Assembly (NCBI GenBank): GCA_002245135.1
Contig: NGBS01000038.1
Location: forward strand, 1 to 61,851
Length of the DNA stretch: 61,851 nt
Source of the DNA: Proteromonas lacertae
Taxonomy: Eukaryota
Direction: 5' to 3'
Each line of letters begins with the position of its first letter. Within the stretch, counting starts at the first letter, position 1. Below are positions 40,589-53,919 of the stretch, piece by piece. A program made the position numbers and the translations under genes. The notes under the pieces were generated by a model. The model was not told the origin of the DNA, made no database searches, and saw only the letters and a program-made list of their open reading frames with translations.

Positions 40589-42170
40589 TTTATTATAATT
40601 AGTGCAATTCATTTGTCAAAAGCTTTAGCTTCTCAAATTACAATCGAATATGCAAATGCACAAGCTAAGAATAGAAAAGATATTAAATTCAACAAGAAAA
40701 AGTTGGGAATTCCAAAGAAACTAGTCACAGTTCAAAGTACATCATATAATGCATGTCAATTATTATCATATGTAAAAGATGGTTCTCAAGTGTATAATAT
40801 ATATATATATATTTATTATTATTTATAAATATATATATATATAGTCGAATTGATGATAATTCATTATCAAAGAAGCCAGTAGAATTATCATGTATAGGTA
40901 AATTTGATTTTCATGGTTATAATGAAGGTATTGGAAGTGGTGATCATGTCAAACAGTATTTAGTTACTCAAGGAAGTGTGTTAGTAGGTGGTGAAAAATT
41001 AGTATTTAAATGGAGTGTAATATGGAGATATTTCTGGTGGGATTTCTATCATTCTCTTTGGGGAATAGTCAAAGCGATTTGTAAGTGGAGGCCATTTCAA
41101 CATAAAGGAGGGATTCTGAATGATTATGAAATACAAAAAATATTTGAAGGAGTGATGAAGAATAGATCGAATAATGAAGAAGATGATGAATTGAATAATT
41201 TGAAGAATAAAGATAGTAATAATGGTAATGGTGAAAAAGATAAAAAAGAAGAAAATAAGATGATTGTTTTAAGATATGATGAATTGTTGAAAATTGTAAG
41301 GTATTTACTACTTAAGAAAATTGGTGTAAAGAATAAAAAAGGAGAAAAAATTGATGATTTAGCACATCAAGAGACAATCTCATTATTATCACGTTTTCAA
41401 GAAGCTTTAACTGAAGGTTCCAACTATTGGTATGATGAAGAAAATCTTCCAAGTCCAGTTGATACTAGTAAAGTAAGATTGCCATTGACTTTAAATAAAT
41501 TAATTGATTTCTTGGCTGAAAATAATCATATGGCTTGGGCTCGATCGAAGATTGATGATGGATGGAGATATGGACCTACGAAAGATACAAAGAGGAAAAG
41601 ACATCCTGATTTAGTACCATATGAACAATTAACTGATGCAGGAAGGAAATTCAATAAGTATATATATATATTGCTATTTTTTTTCACCTTTTATTTTTTC
41701 ATATATTTTTCTTTATTTTATAATGTTTTAGAGATGCTGTTATTGATACATTAAAAGTAATTCTAGCTCTCGGTTGGAGAATGGATAATGTTTATTTACT
41801 ATCAGAAGGTATTCCATGGAAGTTCTTTAACCCACCTAAGACTGTAGGAGGTACATTTGAACCAAAACCCTTCAATAGTAGTCGATCTATTTTGTCACCA
41901 ACTTTAAATGAATTAGTTGAAATGTTAGCTGAAAATACACATGAAATGTGGGCTAAAACAAGAATGGAGGAAGGATATAAATATGGTAGAAAAGATGATG
42001 AGAATAAGAAAGTTTTGACTTCGTTAGTTCCTTATTTCTTCTTATTGGATGATGATAAAGAGAAGAATCGTGTATCTGCTAGGGAACTTGTTAAAGTTAT
42101 TACTTCTATGGGTATAGTTTTCATAGAACCGAAAATCAAATTGTTTGGTAAAATAAATATTTTTATATAG
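38348..42170 (+). CDS. Polycystin-2 cation channel fused to RyR repeat domains (PKDRR-like)
   Basis: GPIRFRQMR, GGY, DRT..YSP, YFKSAWNWLE, IKVFKYL, FG..F, NP.LG, ILVNVFIAILNE (PKD2), then two RyR repeats LAENNHMAWA..GWRYG..HPDLVPYEQL and LAENTHEMWA..GYKYG..LVPY. 3' end approximate. Confidence 0.92.
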
Positions 42171-42291
42171 ATCATTATAACATATAATATATAATCTTAT
42201 TATTATAATCTTCTTGTTTTGTGTTGTTTTTTATATTGACAGTAATTTTTGGTAATTTTGACACATTAATATTTTTTTGATTTGTAGGTGA

Positions 42292-43819
42292 ATGAGTGAA
42301 GATAAAAACATTATTGTAAAACATGTTCCAGAGACATTGAAGGATGAAGCTGTTCAGGAGTTCTTTATTCATTATGGAGCAATTGATGTGAAAAGGATGA
42401 ATAACATTGGCAAATTGGTATAATTTTAATCATAACTAATGTAATACAGAAAGGAATTGTATTTTTGGAATTTTCTAGCAAAGAAGAAGCAGAAAAGGCC
42501 ATTCAACAACTGAATGGTTTAAAATTAGTAGAAAAGCAATTAGTAGCCGAATTTGTGAAAAAGAAAGAAGAAAAGAAGAAAGATCAAAATGATAATAAGA
42601 AAGAAAATGAAGAGTATAATTTCATAATTTTATCATTATAGTCAAAAAGAACCATCAGAATCAATAGAAGTACAAGAAATATCACATAAAATACAACAAA
42701 AAATACAGCCATCTCCAATATCACCAAAATTAGGAATTAACTACCCTTTCCCTCCTCATTTAAGTTATAGATATCCAGCAATAGATCAAAATATAGTTTC
42801 TAATATAACCAATAGTATGTAACATTATATTTATAATATAATTTGAATAGCAATGATAGCTATTCCACAGTTTTATATTCAAGTTTTACATTTAATGAAT
42901 AAAATGAATTTACCACCTCCATTTGGTGTACTACGAACTAATTTACCTTATCCTGAGTGTAATATTATATACAGAAAAGCACCTAAAAGATTACATGACG
43001 AGTTATTAGCATCAGATGAATCAGAATTAGAATCAGAAGATGAAGGAAATGAGAATGTTTATAAAAGATATAAGACACATTCAAATAATGAAAATATTAC
43101 TTCACCACTAGTACAGCAACAACCAAAACAACAACAATCAATACCAACTACTGTTATTCCAACTACTACTGTAGTATATTTATATATATATATTTTAAAA
43201 ATTATTAATATTTTTAAAATAGGAAATACCTCAACCTTCTCCAATAAAGCAAACTAATTCATTGTTTTCCTTACCAAATACTTCACTAATTCAACCGACA
43301 AATAATTCGATGTTTTTAGTTGATGATAAAGATAGAAATATGTTAATGGAAAGCGATATATTAAATAATAGAATGAGTGAAGAAGAAATATTAAAAGATA
43401 AGAGATTTGAGAAATATAAAGCTGGAGATCCTTCTAATACAATATATATAAAGAATTTAGTCCCAAATAAAGTAACAGAAGAGAATTTGGAATATATTTA
43501 TGGTTTTGTATTTGACTCAGATGAAGAGACTAAACAACAAATTCAAATCAAATTAATGAAAAAGGGAAAGATGAGAGGTCAAGCTTTTATTACTTTTCCA
43601 AGTGTTAGACAAGCATCTCAAGCTATGTCAGTTACACACGGATATATGTTATTTGGACAACCAATGATTGTTTCGTTTGGAAAGATGAAAAATAAGGAAG
43701 TTAATGAAAATTCTGTTGATACTACAAATATAAATGTTGAAAAAACTGAAGAAGCGGAAGAAAACAAAGGAATTGGTAATATTAACAATATTGAGGAAGA
43801 AGAAGATGATGATGAGTAA
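42292..43819 (+). CDS. RNPC3: U11/U12 snRNP 65K protein (RNPC3/RBM40)
   Basis: Two RRMs flanking YPFPPHLSYRYP..PQFYIQVLHLMNKMNLPPPF..SDESELES; second RRM GDPSNTIYIKNL..LMKKGKMRGQAFITFPS..HGY..PMIVSFGK. Confidence 0.93.
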
Positions 43820-44039
43820 ATTTGTTATATAAATTATTTATTTTGTTGTTTTTATTATTGGTATTATTTGTTGTTAAGCATAAAATGAGAAAATTCAAAT
43901 TCAAGTAAATATATATTCGTTAAAAATAACTAAACATATCAATATCTTTTGTATATTATATATTCTTTTCATAACTATACTCTTCTTCCATTTATTAATT
44001 AATAAAACTACTAATTAAGTATTAAAATATGTATATATA

Positions 44040-44341
44040 CAACAAAATATTGGAAAGAATTGATTAATGGTTAACCAAATTAAAATCGTATGAAGATTTA
44101 AAGAAATAGATAAATGCAAAAGATCAGAAGCTGTGGAAAGATCCAGAAAGTCGTGGATATATATTGGAAGTAGATATTGAACCACCAGATAGTACCAATG
44201 ATATTCGGTGGATTGAAAGCGAAGATGTATGCTTATGAGAAACAAAGCGTGGATGGATTTACACACTTAAAAGTATTTAATAGTAGGGCAATAGGTGTTA
44301 CTAAAGGTTTTAGAATAAACATTGTGATTATCCTCAGATAA
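44040..44341 (+). pseudogene. Decayed pPolB fragment (internally deleted)
   Basis: RGYILEVDIEP (44152-44184) is followed, in another frame, by IFGGLKAKMYAYE..FNSRAIGVTK, homologous to FVGIKPKMYAYE..CDSRAKGLNK in ORF 1-471. Confidence 0.75.
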
Positions 44342-44680
44342 ATAAAAGTAATAAAATTTATTATTTTGATACAAACTACTACAACAATTCAATTATAAAA
44401 ATTCAAAAGCAGCCATATACCAGCAGTAATTATACAATACTAATTAACATCAATAAGCGGAATAAAGTTCAGTTTAATAACCATACATTATTGAGTTTAA
44501 TAGGCAAGAAAGTGATGGCGTGGTTAATTAACAACAGAGGAAGAATATTTAAATATATATTATGTTCATCAATAATGTTTAGTTTACATACATTCAACAA
44601 AAATTATAACGTTTAAGACAACACCTGAGATTATTACGTCACAAGAACCTGGTACAATAGGCTTAAAGCTAAATAACGCA

Positions 44681-45208
44681 ATGGTGCGTGATTTAGGATC
44701 TATATTTAATACAGAAAGATCCGAATTAAAGTTTAGGTATATAAAAAAGATAGAAATGATTATCATGAAAAGTTCGATATCTGCTGGATCCTCAACAGAA
44801 GATGATAATAATATAAAGTTACCAGCAAGCCTTAAAAACCGGAAATGTATTATTAATCTAGTGAGATATAAAGAAGAGTGCAAAAACATGCGTTTCCTAT
44901 TTAGTTTTGCAGCTGGACTACATCATATGAAATCCAAAGATCATCGTAATAGAGCCATGAAATATAAACAATATCTTCACCAAATGGATGTAAGTTGCTT
45001 AAAGTTTCCAGTAGATCCTATCAATGATTGTGATAAAATAGATGAATTTGAACCATCAATATATTTACAATATATCAGAATGAGCCAATACCTCTATATG
45101 TTAAGCATAGATAAAAGAAAACACTGGCCTCATGTGAATCTATTGATCTATAAAGAACATTACAAGGTGATAAAAAAGTTAGAAGCCTTCTTATCACCTT
45201 CTGGTTAA
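44681..45208 (+). pseudogene. Maverick pPolB N-terminal region fragment
   Basis: AGSS..IKLPASLKNRKCIINL..RFLFSFAAGLH..R..Y..LKFPV..HVNLLIYKEHYKVIKKL matches the conserved pre-exonuclease region of Maverick/adintovirus pPolB; truncated. Confidence 0.78.
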
Positions 45209-45855
45209 AAAATGCCATTATTACTACACTAGATGTCAAAATTATTTCAGTAATTCACGATAGAGAAGCAGAAGTTATTTCAGTAATTAGCAAACAATAA
45301 TGCAAAATAAGATTGTGTTTTTAGAAAGCGTTGTAATTAAACAAAAGGAAACTACAAAGAATCATGTAAAATTATTATAATATCCGACTATTACAATAAG
45401 TATTGCAAACTTAATAAATTCACTCCTTCACATCATAATCACTTAGAGTTTATTCATCAGTCTACTTCTTCGATGTTAATATAAGAATTAAGTGGAAATA
45501 GTGGAGTATTAGAGGGGAAAAATGAAAAAGAGAAATAAGTGAAATAAATTATTCTTCTTCATTAATATATAAAAATACAATTATAAATATAGTCTTATTA
45601 ATACTTTCAATATCAATAACAATAATCATGGTGGTTATTATAGTTTATTTGATAATAATTAATAATCACCCATCCAATAATAGAATATTCTTTCCTTCAT
45701 CAAATAATATAGCATTCACCCTTTTATTTTATTTGTGGGTGTTATTCCTTTTTTATCCATCATCTGTTTGTTTGAAAATAAAAAAATAACGAATTTCAAA
45801 CTTTAGTAAAAATATATCCGTTTCAGGTGGTTTTCAGTTTTTTGAAATTAAAAAA

Positions 45856-48050
45856 ATGAGTGATGATGATTTCGTATATTTATAAGTTATTACATTTCAC
45901 AGGGTGATTTTGATGACGACTTCGATGATTTTGATGATGATGAAGCCAAAGAAATAGAAAAGAAGATCAAAAGTCCTCCCAAGCCTCCTGTTCAACCCAA
46001 AGACTCTCAGATTGCATTTATGAAAAGAAACAATGTTCATAGTATTTTTAATTACTCTTATAAAATAGATACTTTGGATCAATACTCAAGTAAAACATCT
46101 GGACCACTTATTAAACCAAAAATATTATATACACCCAAGACAGATCCTAGAGCTGAAAGAGTTAACGTATATTAACACAATCTTATAATATCTATAGGAT
46201 TTAAAGAAATTAGTAAAATTTGAAGAAGTATCTTATGACATATTCACATTGATGCATTCTGAGAAGTTAGATACAGTAACAAGTAAAATTCGAGGTGGAT
46301 TCTTTACAAACAGTCAAAGTCAAACAAATGAGAATATAAGCAATGCAGATTGTAATACAGACAAAATATCAACAGAAGCTAAAGGAATTCAAGTTCCAAA
46401 TGATTTATGTGAAACTAAAATCATCAGTAAAGAAGATTTTAGCAAATATGATGATAATCAAAATCAAAAACTTGTAAAATCACTGGAAGTATTTATTTAT
46501 TTTATAATATATTATAATTTTGAATAGAGTTTATATGGTATTGTTAAGAGCCAGACTTTATTAAACAAGAAAAGTGGAACAACCTTTTTTGTTGATTCAT
46601 TTTTACAGATGTGGATAAGTCAACTAAGTACTAGACAATTAATAGATATAAAAAGCTCAATTTATAATCCATCAGTATTCTGTAGTTTACACTCCAAAAG
46701 TAAAACAAATAAAAGTAGTTCAAGTAAAGGTGAAAGTAAATCAAATGAAAGTAAAAGTGTCGATGTAAATTGTGCATTTCCTGAATATTCAGTTGCTTGT
46801 ATATGGAAATTTCTAGATTCTAAAACTCCAGTAACGTATATATATATATATTATAATAATTCATTTTATTAATTTTTTAATAGTTTATGTCGTTGTCCAA
46901 ATGATGCAAGTTGTTTATATTTCGAGAATCGAATAATCATAATTGGGACAAAAGAAGGAACTTTAGAACTATTTGATCTCCATGAAGAAGATGGATTACA
47001 TTCAAGTAATGATTTTGAGTATAAATATGATAACAATAAAAGTGGAACTCATAAAGTTTACAAGCGAAATACCAATTACAATATTTTATCATTATATGCT
47101 CGAGATCCTTCTTTCACAAGTGATAATATGCAACAGAATTTAGAAGAAATCGTAAGTATTTGTCATATTCCTGTTGATAAAAGTAATGTAGGAAGTGATG
47201 AGATAGGAAGTAGCGAAGATAATTTATTATTTAAATTAGCAATACTTGATATTAGTGGTAATATAGGAATATTTAAAGCAATTAAAACACCAGTTGATAT
47301 GTATAATATAATAATAATATATTAAAATAGACGAAGTTCAACTGGTTTAAGATATGGTTCAACAATTCGATTAAGTGCTTTAAATATAATAATGAATAAC
47401 AGTAATGTAGGAATATCAAAATATATGTGTACAAATGAAGAATTTGATAATCGATTATACTGCTGTATGGGAGAATTAGGTTCAATAATAAAGAAGAATC
47501 TAAACTTATTAAGTGATAGTGGGAAAAGTTGTGTATTTAATCCACCTTATGATAGTCTAAGTGAAGGTGAATATATTTCATTTAATCCAAATAATAAACA
47601 TTTAGTATTAGTTGGATGGAGTTGTGGATGGGTTTGTTTATATAATATACACGATAATAATCCACTTAATACTTGGGATATTTGCTCATTTAATAATGGT
47701 AAAACGATGAAGAAGAGTAAAAATATTTCAATAAAGAAAATTTGTTGGTGTCATAGTAATGAAAATGTGTTTTTTGTATTAGATAATGTTGGTAAAATTT
47801 TAATATTTGATTTGAGTTATTCTCAATTAGTATGATATATATAAATATATATATAAATGAATAGAAACCAAAATATATTCATGAAGAGAATAGTAATCAT
47901 ATATGTGCCATGGATGTAAGTCGATTTGTATCTTCAAGTTACAGTGCTATGTTATTTACTGGATTTGATAATGGTGAAATTACTGTTTATGTTTTAAAGT
48001 ATGATTTATAGATGTATTTATTATTATTGTATAGTAAAGAATTATGTTAA
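45856..48050 (+). CDS. WDR60: Dynein-2 intermediate chain WDR60-like WD40 protein
   Basis: Acidic N-terminus (DDDFDDFDDDE), QTNENISNADCNTDKISTEAKGIQVP, IIGTKEGTLELFDLHE, RDPSFTSD and WD40 repeats; many mini-introns. Confidence 0.72.
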
Positions 48051-48488
48051 TTAAAAGTAATTAATATTTCTTTCTCATTCTTATTGTGTTTTTCATTAAT
48101 CCAAAACCTAATTTATAGAAAGGAAATTACACTAGCCTTTTTCAGCATAACTGTTTTTTTTCTTTATTTATGAATTAAACACCTTGTACAGCATTTATAA
48201 CTAACCTAATTAACATATTAAAGCAGATGGTTATAGAAAATGATTTCGCCAGGAACGATTTTGTCTCATAAAATTTGATTAACGAAAACTAATCGAATAT
48301 AATTATTCTTCTAATATATGTATTACTTTTAAATGCTTACATAAAACATAAATTAAAATAATAACTAAACAACTAAAAATACTTTTGAATATTATAATTC
48401 ATCTTATCAACTATACGCTTTTCTTCGGTTTTCTTCTATTTTCTTCTATCATTAAATATTCTATTTGGTTTTTTATAATTATAGGTAA

Positions 48489-51400
48489 ATGGATGATCAA
48501 ATTTTAATTGAAATAATAAACTGTGAATCTGCTATTAAAACTGATAACACAGGAATAAAATATGTAGAAGAGCCTTTTTTTATTCAAAGACAGAGTTATT
48601 TAAATATTTACAACGAAATGATGAAATATATAGCAATAGAAAATGGAATCCAAAAGAATTTTGTTGTATATGGAAACTATGGTATAGGTAAAACGAACTT
48701 TTGTGCATTTTTATGCAAACAATTTAAATCTTCCAAATTCCAAGTTATATTTATACCCTCTTCAGGTTTATATCTTTGTAAAGGAGTAGAAGAAAACAAA
48801 TATAATCGTATTTCATACTTACCTCCACGAGATGTTAAAAATCCTTCTGAAAAATCTATAATCATCTGCAATAATATGCCAATTTCAGAAGATGAATACA
48901 GTGAGGATGATGTGGTTATATTAGTGAGTGATATAAACTTGAAAAAATATAAAGTAATGCGCAGCAAGAGAGCTCCAATTCAGTTCTGTTTATTGCCTTT
49001 TAATAAGAATGAAATTGATTTTTATAAGAAAGTAAGAAGAAGAGAAATTGAAAAATATGGAGGAATTCCTGGATTAGTTGTTGTGAATGTCGAGAAAAAA
49101 TTAATGAGTATAAAAAGATAGATATTTATAGTGGTATTCCTGCTGAATATAATGAATATGTATATATTTATGATGTTAAAAATGAGTATGAAATTCCTCA
49201 GAATTTGAAATTTATTTCAAAGTATATTGAAGATTTGGCATTAAAGAAAGTTATTATAGATGATAATAATTTCAATATATATTATTTTTTATTAACAAAG
49301 AAAATCGAAGGAGATAATGACAGAATAGGAGGAGAAGGAGGTTATTATTATGAACATTTGGTATTGTATTATAAAGGATCTAAATATAAAGAAAACACTA
49401 TTAATAACAAATTAGAATTAGACAAATTAAATGAAAAAGCTTTACCATTGTTGATTGATTGTTCATTTCAATCTAATTTTGAAAGTGTTGATGCAATAGA
49501 GATTAATGAAAAGTGTATAAATGGAATACAAGTAACAGTGTCTGACCATCATCCTATTAAAGAATCTATAGCTATTTTATTCAATGTGATCTTTCAAGAA
49601 ACATATGAAAAAAGAAGAGAAATCGTATTAGGAATGTTTGAGGAGAAAAGAGTAGATGAACTTGCTGAAACTCTTTATTATTTAGGAGTATATTAATTAT
49701 CTATAATATTTATATATATATATATATAGTATACACCATCTTCAATGATAGATAAAGCATTAAATGACAATAAGGATAAAGTAAATGAATATCAACAAAC
49801 CGAGTTGGAATTAAGATTTGGGTTAAAATCAACTACAATAATTCCTGATAAAGATATTAATAATTATGTGAAAAGTATTATTAAAACAGTAACAATAGAA
49901 AATATGAAGAAAATCTTTGATGAAGATGAATTAAAGAAAGATATTGGATTGGTAAATGATGAGTTAAAATTTATCTATCATAATTATAGTAAAGAAGAAT
50001 TAGAAGAATTAGAGAAGAATAATACAAAAAAGCAACAGCATAAAGCTAAAAAGAATGTAATATTATCCAAAGTATGTAAGAGTAATAAAGTTAAAGATAT
50101 AATTGAAAAGAAAGTAAATAAATTAGTTTATGATTCAAAGGATTATGTTTATGACTATTCTATAGAGAAAGAAATAAAGGGAAAAATAGAAAACGAAAGA
50201 CAACAAGGAAAAAAGATAACAATAGAAGATATGTGTAAAAAAAGAGTAGAAATAATGAAAGAAAATAAGGATGAGATTGTGAAGAAAATATATGATGAAA
50301 TTAATAGTATCGTAGAAAAGGTGAATTTCATTAAAACTTACCTTGATAGAGATTATAATCCCAGATTTGTAATTACAATGATAAATCATAGAGAAGATGT
50401 GAGAATGGATATAGAAGAAAGTTTTGACTTCAGTAAATATACTGACATATTAGGACCAAAAATGATGAAGTATATAAAACATATTTATCCATCATATGAT
50501 ACATTTGACAATGATAAAAAAGAGAGAATAATGAAAAACAAATTCGATAGAGTAGAAAAAACAAATGAAATTATATCATATATTGAATTAGATAGAAAAA
50601 GAGTAAATGATCCAGAGATTAATGTTGATTTGTTATATTATAAAGATGACAAAAAGAAAAAAATTGAATTTAATAAACAAGAGTCAGATATTATGAATAC
50701 TTTGATAAACGCATTAAGAAGTAATATTATAATGAAAAGGTTTTTAGATTCAAATTTTATATATTTAGATGAATCAAATATGTCATGTAGCTCATATAAA
50801 GAAGGATTGGATAAGTTAGATATGATTTTAAGTAATTATATATCTCCAACATCATTTGATACTGCAGATGGACAAAGAAGAAACTATTATGATTGTGAGG
50901 TAAATAATACAAAACCAATTCTAAATCCATTGCTATTAATTGAATTAATAAAAGAAGGAGGAGAAGAAAAAGTAAAGTTTACCAATAGAGATAAATTAGA
51001 TGCTATTAATTTTACATATGATCACTTTTATTCCTTATTATTAGAAGCAAAAGGTAAAGGTAATGAAAATGAAGTTTATATTATAGCAGAAATTTTAACT
51101 TGTCCATATTGTAATGAAATAACATCAATTCTAAGAGAATGTGAATATGTAAATGATTTTAACAACAAGAAAACATTCTATTGTGGTAAATGTAAAATGA
51201 ATGTATCATGTCAACCAAAATTAGATGCAGAAGGATATAACACACAATTGAAAATAAAGAAATGTGGTATAGATATATATTACAATAATGAGCTGAAAAA
51301 TAGATATGAATTTGGAGATCTTGATCCTTCTGCTATGGAAATTGAAACTAAAGAAGATAATTATCCTCCTCCTCCTCCTTCTTCTACTGATCCTGGATTG

Positions 51401-53161
51401 GGAGTTGATGAAAATTCAGGGGGGGGGAAATAAGAGTGAAATGAATTATTCAGAACATAAATCTAAGAGTGTTAAAATATCAGAAAGTGTTTCTCCTCTT
51501 CAGTTAATATCACCACCCTCTAGAAACAGTATATATATATATATATATATAATGAAATAGGTTTTGATTATGTGAAACGTATATTTGATATAGGTAAAAA
51601 ATCTCCCAGTTTTATATATAATGAAAGATTGATAGAAATTGATGAAAGTATAAAATTATTTCAATATCCAAGCCATAAAATATTGGTGAGAGATTATTAT
51701 CCACAATTTTGGAAAAGAATAGAATATAATATAATTTATAATTGTTTTTATCGGTATAGAAAAAATGAATTTGTTTTAAAGAAGTTATTTAAATATATAA
51801 ATGTAAATGTTGATCCTTCAATTAATGAAGATGATTTACATAAAATCGTTGAAAGAGAGAAAGAAAGATTAAAAAAACTAATCAAATGTAAACCTACTAA
51901 AAATGAAATTAATAGTTACTATTTACTGAGAGGTGAACCAGGATGTGGAAAATCCACATTTTTAGTTTATTTTATCTTAAAAGTTATTCAGTTGAAAGAA
52001 AAATTAGGTATTAATTTAGGTTTAACATATTACAAAAGTTCAAAGAAAGAAGATGGAAGTCCAGATTATCCTGTTATCTATAATTTGATTGGAAAATATT
52101 TAGAAGAAAATATAATGGATGAAGATATAATTATATGTGATTCATATGATATTCCTGAAAATATATTCAGATTAAAAGGTATAGTTGTAAATGTCAGTTC
52201 TCCAGATAATAAAAACTATAAAAATATAAAAGATTTTAAGGGTGGTAATAAAGTATATTTCTATTTGGATATTTGTAATGAAAAAGAGATAAAAATAAGG
52301 AAAGAAAATTGTTTACCTGAAGATTTAGGAAATGCAATTGATGATAATCTTATTTCTTTATACAATCGAGTACCAAGACATTTATATTTTGCAGCTATAT
52401 ATAAAGCATATTATAAAGATAGAAATTATTGGGATGAAATTTATACAAACTGTATTAAAACAACTGTGAATACTCTTGGTTATTTTAATTTTATAAAGAA
52501 ATATCTCTTTCCATGTGAAAGAGGTAAAGAATCAAATTTGGAAAATGATATTGAATTAAATGTTGATCGATTAGATTCACATTTATCACATTATATTGTA
52601 AAATACAAAATATTAGATTATGAATCAATTGATAAAGTTCAATTAGAATTTATCTCTAAAGAAGTATTTAAGTATGTTTATTTCTGTACAAGTCACAGAT
52701 GTAGTAAAAGAGAATTTGAAATTATGAAGGATTTTTTCAAGAATAAAATACAATCAGATAAAAATCATCCTCTATATAAACTATTATTCAATGAATTAGT
52801 GTGGTATTCAATTATGTATAATGCAAAATGGAAAAATAATGTGATTAAGTTTAATAATATTCAGATGAATATATTTAATAAATATTTTCAAAATACTACA
52901 ACATCAATAGGATGTGGAGAAGGTAATTATTATATTGGTCAATTTGATATTGATATAGATTATGATATATGTTATGTTATTAATAATGTTATTGTATTTC
53001 CATTTTATTATGATGTAGATAAAATAATGAAAAATGAAAAATTTAAACAATATTTAGAAGATTATTCAAAAGATATTCAATGTAGTTTATATCCTAAAAT
53101 ATTTACAATTGAAGATTTACATAAACTTGATAAGAATGTAGTTAATGATTTGCATAAATAA
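48489..53161 (+). CDS. Crinkler/RHS-type protein with tandem P-loop NTPase(+REase) units
   Basis: Walker A GNYGIGKT..YGGIPG, REase-like SNFESVDAI..GIQVTVSDHHPIK, Zn-ribbon CPYC..CGKC, second Walker A GEPGCGKST..VSSP..NRVPR. The ORFs join through two introns (about 49689-49729 and 51529-51560) and two homopolymer frameshifts (about 49115 and G9 at 51419-51427). Confidence 0.72.
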
Positions 53162-53331
53162 TGTTAAGATATATTAACCTATGATATGATAATTACTTAT
53201 ACAATTTAGTAATTAACCTTGATATGCACAAGGCTCAGTATAGGATCAACTTCGATAAGCAACTCTTTGTAGACTAGATGATTAACCCCATCAACAACAA
53301 TGAACTTAAGATTATAATACTTAGTAGAATG

Positions 53332-53919
53332 TTAGTAAGCTAGAGATCGAAGAACTACTTTATAAAGAGACTGTAACTCCTTCGACACGTAGAACTTCCT
53401 TACCTTGATTATCTTAATTAAACATTGTATGTTCCTTAGGTGGCGTTGCTTTAGCTTATTCATCTTGAAGATGCCTGAGGAGTTAGATCCACCACACAAG
53501 ACAAGGAGCCTTATCAGTTGATTCCGGAGCAAGTAGGTTAAGTCATCATCATAGGATCGTTTCATCAGTTCATCATACTCTGGGATGTCGATTGCACGTA
53601 CTGACGGTGGATTCTCTTGGAGCAGTTCCTTGATCTCATTAACTAGGTTATTCATGGAATCGTAGACATCTCCTTGATCAGCACTGTTGTAGTTCGTGAT
53701 GGAGTGTCGGAGATATCTTCTCTTCTTAAAGTCTCGGAGGTAGTGATTATCAATGACATGCTGATTGCCAGGACTTCTCTTGAAGTGATCACGGATCGCT
53801 GATAAGGCTTCAAAGAGTTCTTGTTGATGGAGGTGCTGTTGCTTAAAAGTCCCAAACATACTAGGAGAGATAGATAGACCGAAGAAGTTAAGGATTACAA
53901 CTGTAAGCACTTGTACCAC
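53332..53919 (-). CDS. Hypothetical protein (frame continues past TAA to the junction at 53219)
   Basis: 195-aa ORF; after TAA the frame reads HSTKYYNLKFIVVDGVNHLVYKELLIEVDPILSLVHIK. Confidence 0.5.
   Translation of the reverse strand: MVQVLTVVILNFFGLSISPSMFGTFKQQHLHQQELFEALSAIRDHFKRSPGNQHVIDNHYLRDFKKRRYLRHSITNYNSADQGDVYDSMNNLVNEIKELLQENPPSVRAIDIPEYDELMKRSYDDDLTYLLRNQLIRLLVLCGGSNSSGIFKMNKLKQRHLRNIQCLIKIIKVRKFYVSKELQSLYKVVLRSLAY

Noticed and set aside
42130..42240. Stop codon created by polyadenylation (Blastocystis-like) at the PKD2-RyR 3' end
   Set aside because: A genomic TAG exists at 42168-42170 and there is no exact TGTTTGTT signal; cannot be supported without transcripts.
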